A stretch of DNA of 64,000 bases, taken from Eubacteriales bacterium. GTDB lineage: Bacteria > Bacillota > Clostridia > Oscillospirales > QAKW01. The notes below the pieces were generated by a model. That model ran no database searches. It saw only the letters and a list, made by a program, of their open reading frames with translations, and was not told the origin of the DNA. Made by a program: the position numbers and the translations under genes. Positions 56,424 to 64,000 of the stretch are shown here, in pieces; positions within the stretch are counted from its first letter, which is position 1; each line of letters starts with the position of its first letter. The stretch covers positions 23,520 through 87,519 of the forward strand of contig JAZPYP010000058.1 of assembly GCA_045544255.1 (NCBI GenBank), given 5' to 3'.

Positions 56424-58408
56424 TATTTGATTTTGAATATGGCCGCTGTTCGGGCGGGAAGATAGGTGAGAAAACCTTTCTTTCCGTTTTTAATACCGTT
56501 AACAGTATAGTCCATATGATGAATGCGCCCAAATCCGCCCATATCGAAATCATCGGTGGTAAAGAGGGTTTTGCAGCCTTTTCCCATATCTTGAGGAATA
56601 AAAAGCTGCTTTTGAGAATCGCTATGATGAAAGTTGAATGCAAAAATGATCTTGCCCTTGCGGTAGATAAGAATTTTTTCATTCTGATCGATCCAAAGGG
56701 AGATGGGCTCCTTCTTTAAAAGGGTTTCTTTTTTCAAAAGATCAATCATTCGCCGGTCAAATTCCTGCAGATATTGGTATCGCAGGTTTTCATTATCGGC
56801 AAGGCTCCATTGGCGGCGGCAATAATGATAGCTCCACCCGTTGCCTTCCCGCGGAAAATCGATCCATTCAGGGTGCCCGAATTCATTGCCCATAAAGTTG
56901 AGATATCCTTCTCCGCCCAATGTGGCGGTGAGCAAGCGAATCATTTTATGAAGCGCGATGCCGCGATCAATTATCGGGTTATTGGAATTCTTTTCCATTC
57001 CGGTATACATTTCGGCATCGCAAAGCCGAAAGATCAGCGTTTTATCGCCAACAAGCGCTTGGTCATGGCTTTCGGTATAGCCGATATTCTTTTCTTTCGG
57101 TCTGCGGGAGCAAAGCTCATACCAGAATTTATGAAGATCCCAATCCTCATCTTTATATTCCTTTACTGTTTTGATCCAAAGATCAGGCACTCCCATGGAA
57201 AGCCGATAATCAAATCCGATGCCGCCCCAGCTTATGGGGAGGCACATTCCCGGCATTCCCGACATATCCTCTGCTACCGTCAGCGCCTCTTTATTGATCT
57301 CATGAATCAGCTCATTGGCAAGCTGAAGATAGGTAACCGCTTCTGTATCGGTATTAAGAGAGAAATACATGGAATAATCGGTAAAGGCGCTCCCAAGCCC
57401 ATGGTCATGATAGAGCATGGAAGTAACACCATCGAAGCGAAATCCATCAAAATGGAAGATCTCCATCCAATATTTCAGGTTGGATAAAAGGAAATGAAGA
57501 ACCTCGTTTTTATCATAGTTAAAAAGTTTGGTGCCCCAAGCGCTATGGTCTCCGCGATCACCTTCATGGAAGAATTGATGCACAGTGCCGTCGAATTCAT
57601 TAAGCCCCTCATTGGTGTTCTTAACTGCATGGGAATGAACAACATCGAGAAGGACAGCAATCCCCATCTCATGGGCAGTATTGATCAATTCCTTGAGTTC
57701 ATGCCCTGTTCCATAGCGAGAAGAAGGGGCATAAAAATTGGAAACCTGATAGCCAAAGGAGCCATAATAGGGGTGCTCCATGATAGCCATGATTTGAATC
57801 GTGTTATATCCAAGGTTTTTAATGCGGGGGAGAATGCGATCAATAAACTCCCGATAGGAGCCAACCTTTCCTTCCTCTTGGGCCATGCCGATATGGCATT
57901 CGTAAATGAAGGGGGTATCCTCGCGCTTAAAGCCCTTATCGGTCCAAGGGAAGGGGGCAAAGGTATCCTCAATTTCGGCGCAGAAAAGGGTGGTGGCAGG
58001 ATCCTGCACCACTCTGGTGGCATAAAGAGGAATCCTGCGAAGCATCTGCCCATTATGCCAAATCAAAGCCTGCACCTTTTGCCCGATCTTTAAGGCATCA
58101 AAGCCCTCTAAATAAAGCTCAAAAATGCCGTTTTCAGCGATTTTGTTCATTGGGTGGGAATCAATGCTCCAATCATTGAAATCTCCGGTCAGAGCCATTT
58201 TTTCGGCAGCAGGAGCCCATTCTCTGTAAACCCAGCCGGTTTCGGTGCGATGGAAACCGAAATATTCATATCCGTTGGCAAAATCAGAAAGCTTTTGCCC
58301 CTTTGAAAGGATCTGCTTTTTTTTATTTTTAAAATTATCCATTCTAAGCCGGATATCCGCCTCAAAGGGCGAAAGAAGGGGGTCTGCTTGAATGATTTTA
58401 TATGCCAT
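56423..58408 (-). CDS. glgB: 1,4-alpha-glucan branching enzyme (GH13)
   Basis: YREWAP, IYECHIGM, GYQVSNF, DVVHSH, GFRFDGVTSM, AEDMSG and ESHDQ motifs. Confidence 0.92.
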   Translation of the reverse strand: MAYKIIQADPLLSPFEADIRLRMDNFKNKKKQILSKGQKLSDFANGYEYFGFHRTETGWVYREWAPAAEKMALTGDFNDWSIDSHPMNKIAENGIFELYLEGFDALKIGQKVQALIWHNGQMLRRIPLYATRVVQDPATTLFCAEIEDTFAPFPWTDKGFKREDTPFIYECHIGMAQEEGKVGSYREFIDRILPRIKNLGYNTIQIMAIMEHPYYGSFGYQVSNFYAPSSRYGTGHELKELINTAHEMGIAVLLDVVHSHAVKNTNEGLNEFDGTVHQFFHEGDRGDHSAWGTKLFNYDKNEVLHFLLSNLKYWMEIFHFDGFRFDGVTSMLYHDHGLGSAFTDYSMYFSLNTDTEAVTYLQLANELIHEINKEALTVAEDMSGMPGMCLPISWGGIGFDYRLSMGVPDLWIKTVKEYKDEDWDLHKFWYELCSRRPKEKNIGYTESHDQALVGDKTLIFRLCDAEMYTGMEKNSNNPIIDRGIALHKMIRLLTATLGGEGYLNFMGNEFGHPEWIDFPREGNGWSYHYCRRQWSLADNENLRYQYLQEFDRRMIDLLKKETLLKKEPISLWIDQNEKILIYRKGKIIFAFNFHHSDSQKQLFIPQDMGKGCKTLFTTDDFDMGGFGRIHHMDYTVNGIKNGKKGFLTYLPARTAAIFKIK

Positions 58409-58453
58409 ATGATTTTCAACCTCCTGCCTTTAATATAGTCTTCTATAATATAA

Positions 58454-58514
58454 ATATACACCTTTAAAGCGTCAGATGTCAACTATTGACATCAAGGGCA
58501 ATTAATAATATAAT
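58454..58514. promoter_or_regulatory. Back-to-back promoters for glgB (-) and pdxK (+)
   Basis: Plus TTGACA-17-TATAAT (58486-58514); minus TTGACA-18-TATATT. Confidence 0.65.
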
Positions 58515-58546
58515 ATTATAGATCATTTTGAAAGGGGAGAGTCGTC

Positions 58547-59371
58547 TTGTATAATAGAATACTAACGGTGCAGGATATCTCCTGTCTTGGGCAATGCTCC
58601 CTCACCGTTGCCTTGCCTATTCTATCTGCCTGCGGCATGGAAACCTGTATCATTCCGTCGGCGGTTCTTTCCAATCATACCGCTTTCGAGAGCTTTACAT
58701 TTAGAGATCTTTCCAAGGAGATTCCTGTAATATGCAAAAAATGGCAGGATCTGGGGATTCAATTTTCCGCGCTATATACCGGCTATTTGGGAAAGGCCGA
58801 GCAGGTCGAATATATTAAAGAAATAAAAGAGACCTGCCTTTTGCCCGGCGCTCCTTTGATCGTTGATCCCGCCATGGCTGACCATGGAAGGCTCTATACC
58901 GGTTTTGATGCCGCTTATATTAATGCGATGGAAGACCTATGCAAAGCAGCCGATATTATTCTTCCCAATCTTACCGAAGCTTGCTTTTTATTGGGAAAAG
59001 CCTACCGCGAGGATTTTTCCGAAGAAGAAATTGAGAGGATGGTGCGGGAGCTCGGTGCAAAGTTTCAATGCAAAGTAATACTCACCGGTGCGGTTGCTTC
59101 ATCCGAACAAAGCGGTGTTGCAGTTTTGGATGGGGAAGAGTTAAAATTTTATCTTCACCAAAAGCATGCCAATAGCTGCCATGGTACCGGAGATGTTTAT
59201 GCCTCGGTTTTTACCGGCGCCTTAATGAGAGGAAAAGAGCTCTATGAAGCGGCCTGCCTTGCGGCAGATTTCACCGCCGATTGCATCGGCTATACTGCAG
59301 AAGATCCTGATCATTGGTATGGGGTCAAATTCGAGCCGCTCATTGGAAATTTAATAGAAAAGTTGAAATAA
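58547..59371 (+). CDS. pdxK: Pyridoxal/pyridoxamine kinase
   Basis: QDISCLGQCSL, LSNHT, YTGYLG, VDPAMADHG, PNLTEA and HGTGDVYAS motifs; TTG start. Confidence 0.88.
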   Translation: MYNRILTVQDISCLGQCSLTVALPILSACGMETCIIPSAVLSNHTAFESFTFRDLSKEIPVICKKWQDLGIQFSALYTGYLGKAEQVEYIKEIKETCLLPGAPLIVDPAMADHGRLYTGFDAAYINAMEDLCKAADIILPNLTEACFLLGKAYREDFSEEEIERMVRELGAKFQCKVILTGAVASSEQSGVAVLDGEELKFYLHQKHANSCHGTGDVYASVFTGALMRGKELYEAACLAADFTADCIGYTAEDPDHWYGVKFEPLIGNLIEKLK

Positions 59372-59372
59372 T

Positions 59373-59403
59373 AAAAACAGGTTGCAAAGCAACCTGTTTT
59401 TTT
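59373..59403. terminator. Bidirectional terminator
   Basis: AAAAACAGGTTGC-AAA-GCAACCTGTTTTTTT. Confidence 0.9.
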
Positions 59404-59407
59404 AGTC

Positions 59408-60745
59408 TCAATTTTTCTCTAACAGAATCAGATAAGAATTGAAAAGAGGGAGTTTCAATGGAATTTTATAGCAATTCCCTGTAAAGGTTTCTTCCTTTGC
59501 AAGCTCAAAGTCTTCTTCCTCGCTCAACCGATAAAATTTAGCTCTGATGCCATTTTCTGCGGAAAACCCGCTGATATCAAGCAAGGTATCTTTCGGAGCT
59601 GTTTCATCATCATCGTTAAAATGAGTTACCATGATAGCGGCGTTAGTATCATTTTTTGCGGCGCAGGAATAAATATTGTTTGCGTCTTCGGTTTTGGTAT
59701 ATTCGCCCAGCTGATAAAGCTGATTAAACATATAGAAGGGGTAGTAGCCTTTTAAGCGATCGCAAACAAAGTCGGTGGAGAAGAGCCCGTTCATGCCGCA
59801 GGGGCGGGCATCGTAATACATCAGCATATCCAATGCTTCTCTCTGACCGAGGCACATGACCATAGCGGTAAAGGCGGAGCCTTTTAATCCTTTTTCTTGC
59901 CGTAGGGAATAGAGCCAATCGTCTCCGCGGAAGGAGCGCACATAGTTCCATTCGTTGAGGATGCTCTCGGTATCTCGAAATCCATAGGTATCCAGAAGTT
60001 CTCTTACCTTGCGGATTTTCATCAGCACCTTTTCATCATCTTTTGCATAAACATGCCAGGAGAAGAAATCAAGGGGTGCTTTGAGTTGCTTGAGGAAATC
60101 TTCAGCCCAATCAAGTTTTCCGGCCAGAGCAGGCCCGCCGATCTTTAAATGGGGAAAGCATTTTTTCAGGTGGGTTGCGGCAATATGGTAGAGCTCGAAA
60201 AACTGCTTTTTGGTGCCGCCCCAGGTGCGCTTATGGGTGGAATCATCGGGATCCAGATCCGGCTCGTTCCAGATCTCCCAATAGGTCATCTTATAATGGA
60301 ACCCTTCGGCCCAGCCTTCGGTATAATGGCGGATGATATGCTCGCAGATAACAGCCCATTTATGAAAATCCTTGGGTGGCAGGGTGCCGTATTTTTTGGG
60401 CCAATGCTCGATCTTGGAGCCAAGGCGATAAAAAGGCTCCACCCCTGCGTAAACCATAACCTTCATATATTCATCGGTGCAAACAAAGTCGTAAGAAGCG
60501 GGATCGGTGGGATCTTTATCAAAATCGGGGAAGATGGCATGGATATCAACGGTATGCTCCCCGCCATAGGTGGCGTAAAAGGCTGCATCATGGGTGCGGG
60601 CATAGGGAATAGCGGCGGCGCGGAAATGGTCAATATTGGTGATGCGCTGGTCCTCTGCAAATTTATAAACAGGGCCGTTATTTACCGCGTGCATCGGTTT
60701 CATGATCCCGTCGTTTCTTGAAAAATCAATCTTTATTTCGTGCAT
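59408..60745 (-). CDS. GH39-like glycoside hydrolase
   Basis: YARTHD, WEIWNEPD (acid/base Glu), IGGPA, FFSWHVY and ILNEWNY (nucleophile Glu) motifs; no signal peptide. Confidence 0.75.
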   Translation of the reverse strand: MHEIKIDFSRNDGIMKPMHAVNNGPVYKFAEDQRITNIDHFRAAAIPYARTHDAAFYATYGGEHTVDIHAIFPDFDKDPTDPASYDFVCTDEYMKVMVYAGVEPFYRLGSKIEHWPKKYGTLPPKDFHKWAVICEHIIRHYTEGWAEGFHYKMTYWEIWNEPDLDPDDSTHKRTWGGTKKQFFELYHIAATHLKKCFPHLKIGGPALAGKLDWAEDFLKQLKAPLDFFSWHVYAKDDEKVLMKIRKVRELLDTYGFRDTESILNEWNYVRSFRGDDWLYSLRQEKGLKGSAFTAMVMCLGQREALDMLMYYDARPCGMNGLFSTDFVCDRLKGYYPFYMFNQLYQLGEYTKTEDANNIYSCAAKNDTNAAIMVTHFNDDDETAPKDTLLDISGFSAENGIRAKFYRLSEEEDFELAKEETFTGNCYKIPLKLPLFNSYLILLEKN

Positions 60746-60825
60746 AAAAAAGCACCTCCCTTTCTGCCCTTATTTTGGCATAGGGAAGGTGCTTTGTCAA
60801 GCGAATTGGCAACGAAACTTTTTCG

Positions 60826-61413
60826 TTATTTCTTCAAAAGATCGCGGATCTCTTTCAGCAGATCTTCGGCGGTTGGATTGGCTGCGCGCTCCGCGGCTGC
60901 AGCCTCTTCCTCAGCCTTCTTGGCATCTTCTTCGGCTTTTGCTTTTGCTTCAAAATAAGCGGCAACTGCATCTTTATCCTTGCGGTTGATGCCTTGCTCT
61001 TTCATGGCTTTTTTATCTTCTTTGCTAATCAAATTGGCAGTCAGCTTTCCGATCATTTTATCCTGCTGGCTTTTCATGGAATTGATAAATTTGATGATAG
61101 AGAAAAGAACAATGGCAACAATAAAGAAATTGATTACAGCATTGATAAAGAGGCCCCAATCAATATAGATAGATTGGGTAAGATCCACTGCACCATCCTC
61201 GCCCATCACCTTTTTCAGGAAGGTGAAGCAATCGCTCAAGGAATTGGCACCAAAGATTAAGGAAATCAGCCAATCAATGGCAGGCTTTAAGATATTGGTG
61301 CTGAGGGCGTTCACGATAGCAGTAAAGGAGCTACCAACGATAACACCGACAGCCATATCGATCACATTGCCGCGGGTAATAAATACTTTGAATTCTTCAA
61401 AAAATTTTTTCAT
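60826..61413 (-). CDS. mscL: Large-conductance mechanosensitive channel (extended form)
   Basis: FEEFKVFITRGNVIDMAVGVIVG, GLFINAVINFFIVA and LLKEIRDLLKK motifs. Confidence 0.92.
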   Translation of the reverse strand: MKKFFEEFKVFITRGNVIDMAVGVIVGSSFTAIVNALSTNILKPAIDWLISLIFGANSLSDCFTFLKKVMGEDGAVDLTQSIYIDWGLFINAVINFFIVAIVLFSIIKFINSMKSQQDKMIGKLTANLISKEDKKAMKEQGINRKDKDAVAAYFEAKAKAEEDAKKAEEEAAAAERAANPTAEDLLKEIRDLLKK

Positions 61414-61471
61414 AGATCTATCTCTCCTTTGTTTTTCTTTAATTATCCAATAAAAAGCATATTTTGTCAAT

Positions 61472-61501
61472 AAAAAAGGAGCAGAAATTCTGCTCCTTTT
61501 T
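61472..61501. terminator. Terminator after the GH2 gene
   Basis: AAAAAAGGAGCAGAA-A-TTCTGCTCCTTTTT. Confidence 0.85.
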
Positions 61502-61504
61502 CAA

Positions 61505-63889
61505 TTATCGAATATCGTAAACCGAGCGCAGGCGAAGATTTTTAGCCTCACCCTCCAATACCTTGATGGTGCGGGTGCCGGCTTCCATGTCAAAGAAATT
61601 ATCTTCCAAGATAAAATCGCAATCAGGAGAGTCGATCTCCACCCACATGGCATAGGCATCGGATTTGATGGTAATGGTGTCGCCGTCAATGGTAGCGGTA
61701 AGATGGGGATCTTCAAAGCAATAGTGCTTGGGCGCAGTAAAGAGCACCGAACCATAAGATACAACTTTTCCATCCATCTCAAAAGTATAGAAGAGATGGT
61801 TGTTGAGGCAATCAGTCTGCTCAAAATCCATTTTTTCAAGAGTAACTACCGAAAGGGCGGGAACTGTAATGTTCTCGGAGCCGCTCTTTATAATATTGCT
61901 CTTGGCATCGCAAAGCTTCCAGGTAACCTTGCCACTGATTCCGTTCATGGTATCATTATTGACCGAAAGAGTAGCGCTTGTTTCCAAGGGATAGAAGTCC
62001 GGTTGCGCATTTATGCTCTTGCGGTTGGAGGTTTCTCCGATTTCTTCGCAGGAGATCATGATTGGTTGATAGAACCGCTTGGCGGCATATTGCAGCGCCT
62101 TATATCTTCCATAATAGTCGATACTTGCCCAAGAGGCTACCGGCCAGTTATCATTGAACTGCCAATAAAGAGCGCCCATGCAGCGACCGCGATTGCGTCG
62201 CAGATGCTCCACTCCGTATTTGATGGCAGTTGCCTGCAGAAGCTGTGAAGCATAAAGCAGGGTACTGAAATCAGCGGGGTAGAGGAAGGTATTAGCAAGG
62301 TAGGAGAGGATCTTTCCGTTGGCGGCGCCATTTCTTTGATGGCGCTCCATAATACGGGAGAAGATATTGCGATCCTCGGGCAGAGTGAAAGAATTAACTG
62401 TCTTCTCGTTGGGAAAGGATTGGAATCCGAATTCACTTAAGTAGCGGAAATAGTGATTTCTATATTCGGAGTAGGGCTTGTTTCCGTGCCAGACAGTCCA
62501 ATAATGTGCGTCGCCATAGTCCTCGTTGGTGGGCTCGATAAAATGACCGCAGCTGCTGGGAGATGAGGGCACATAGCTGATCTCCGGGCATAGCGCTTTG
62601 ATAGCTTCTGGAATCATTTTCTCAAACATATAGAGGTAATTGCTTTTAAGATACTCATCCTTTTTGCCGCCGAATTCCTCTGCCTCGTTATTACCGGAGA
62701 TAACTGCAATGCATGCGTGATGACGAATACGGCGAAGATTATCATAAACTTCCGCTTTAAATTCTCCGCGCATCTCATCGGTATCGGGCAGGAAGCAGCA
62801 AGCTACCATCATATCAAAGAAGAGGATAATGCCCAGCTCATCGCAAAGATCAAAGAAGAATTCATCGGGGTAATAACCGCCGCCCCAGATGCGAATAGCA
62901 TTGAAGTTGCAATTCTTGGCATCCATCAAAAGCTTGCGGCTGCGCTCGGGGGTAACATTGGAAAGAATGTTATCCTCGGGGATATAATCGGCGCCCATGG
63001 CAAAGAAACGAACACCGTTTACCTCATGGCAGAAGCTTTGACCCCATTCGTCATATTCGCGGATAAGCTTCAAGGTGCGAAGACCGATTCTCTTTTCGCT
63101 CTTATCCCCATCGATCTCGGCGCAGATGGTATAAAGAGGCTGCTCGCCCATGCCGCTTGGCCACCAAAGCTTGGGATCCTGAATTTCGGTTTCTTCGTTG
63201 GCGGGGATCTCAATAGCCTTGCCGCAAGGATCGGTAAGGGTAACCTTAATGGCGCAGGGTGCATTGGTTTCAACCATTGGTGTGATATAAACCTTGCCGC
63301 CCTCATGGCGCTGGATGATGCGGTGATCGGTGATACGGGCAGAATCCTTCACCAAAAGATAGATCTCTCTCCAAATGCCTGCGTCGGGCAGCCTTGCGCC
63401 CCAATCCCAACCAAACATATAGTTGGCTTTGCGAAGATAAGGGTAGCCCTTTAATGCATCTCCGCATCCACCAACCTTTTGATCCCATTTTTCTCTTTGC
63501 TCAATGAGATAAGGGGGAGCGGGATCAAAGCGCAGGCTGATCTCATTTTCTCCGTCTTTTAAATCATCGGTAATATCAAATTCATATCGCCGATGCATGT
63601 TTTTGGTATAGCCGATCTCTTTCCCGTTGATAAAAAGGGCGCAAAGGGTATCCAGCCCATTGCAATGGAGCAGGATCCGGTTGCCGTCGTGCTTGAAATC
63701 AAATTTGCGGCTAAAGGTATAAGGATGATCCATCAACGCAAGAGCCTCCAGCTCGTTTTCGCGATAATAGGGATCTTCCATCAGATTATTGCTGAGTAAA
63801 AAAGAGTAAACAGAGCCGGGAACGGTTCCCTTGCAATCAAAGCCATTGCCCGTCATCTGCCAAATTCCGTTCAAATCAATTTTTTTCAT
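61505..63889 (-). CDS. GH2 family beta-mannosidase
   Basis: RKANYMFGWDWG, RIWGGGYY, GNNEAE, GDAHYW, SEFGFQS and WQFNDNWP motifs. Confidence 0.88.
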   Translation of the reverse strand: MKKIDLNGIWQMTGNGFDCKGTVPGSVYSFLLSNNLMEDPYYRENELEALALMDHPYTFSRKFDFKHDGNRILLHCNGLDTLCALFINGKEIGYTKNMHRRYEFDITDDLKDGENEISLRFDPAPPYLIEQREKWDQKVGGCGDALKGYPYLRKANYMFGWDWGARLPDAGIWREIYLLVKDSARITDHRIIQRHEGGKVYITPMVETNAPCAIKVTLTDPCGKAIEIPANEETEIQDPKLWWPSGMGEQPLYTICAEIDGDKSEKRIGLRTLKLIREYDEWGQSFCHEVNGVRFFAMGADYIPEDNILSNVTPERSRKLLMDAKNCNFNAIRIWGGGYYPDEFFFDLCDELGIILFFDMMVACCFLPDTDEMRGEFKAEVYDNLRRIRHHACIAVISGNNEAEEFGGKKDEYLKSNYLYMFEKMIPEAIKALCPEISYVPSSPSSCGHFIEPTNEDYGDAHYWTVWHGNKPYSEYRNHYFRYLSEFGFQSFPNEKTVNSFTLPEDRNIFSRIMERHQRNGAANGKILSYLANTFLYPADFSTLLYASQLLQATAIKYGVEHLRRNRGRCMGALYWQFNDNWPVASWASIDYYGRYKALQYAAKRFYQPIMISCEEIGETSNRKSINAQPDFYPLETSATLSVNNDTMNGISGKVTWKLCDAKSNIIKSGSENITVPALSVVTLEKMDFEQTDCLNNHLFYTFEMDGKVVSYGSVLFTAPKHYCFEDPHLTATIDGDTITIKSDAYAMWVEIDSPDCDFILEDNFFDMEAGTRTIKVLEGEAKNLRLRSVYDIR

Positions 63890-63987
63890 GAAAGAATACC
63901 TCCTTGTAATTTATATTTTATTATGATATAATAGTTCAAACAAGTGCAAAAACAACTGATTTTTTATATTTTCTTATTGGAGTGGCT

Positions 63988-64000
63988 ATGAAGATTTCTT
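63988..64000 (+). CDS. Start of a divergent gene running off the window
   Basis: GGAG RBS then ATG AAG ATT TCT; only 4 codons visible. Confidence 0.35.

Noticed and set aside
1-64000. IS elements, integrases, prophage structural genes, CRISPR arrays and rRNA
   Set aside because: No matching ORFs, terminal inverted repeats with target duplications, or repeat-spacer arrays were seen.

Overview
A 64 kb chromosomal window from a Bacillota genome (Clostridia, probably Oscillospirales-like, judged from gene content and near-consensus sigmaA promoters). It is mostly housekeeping: tyrA/aroF, RNase P RNA, murD, three tandem M42 peptidases, smc-ftsY-rph-rdgB-yhbY-nadD/yqeK-rsfS-leuS, pflBA under a ZTP riboswitch, gdhA, uvrC-rsmD-coaD, pdxK, glgB and mscL. 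Accessory modules include a Fur/Zur-regulated metal ABC operon, an alpha-galactoside ABC/GH4/AraC set, a glycine-riboswitch alanine/glycine symporter, a teichoic-acid-like polymer cluster, and GH39 and GH2 hydrolases. I found no CRISPR array, IS element or integrase. The strongest unexplained signal is the ~500 bp between leuS and an MlrC-like peptidase (16403-16899): a tandem run of minus-strand promoter-plus-hairpin cassettes. Two of them have TTGACA-17-TATACT promoters and begin with the same AGA(G/A)GTTGAC, suggesting a small cluster of paralogous ncRNAs; one is ~200 nt and may be 6S-like. Other leads are a DUF5058 plus partner membrane pair with an M20 peptidase, an AT-rich MuF-C/PBECR-like nuclease fragment behind tRNA-Arg, and an orphan alditol-phosphate dehydrogenase/epimerase pair that may feed the teichoic acid cluster. 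All calls are by eye; no database search or folding program was run.
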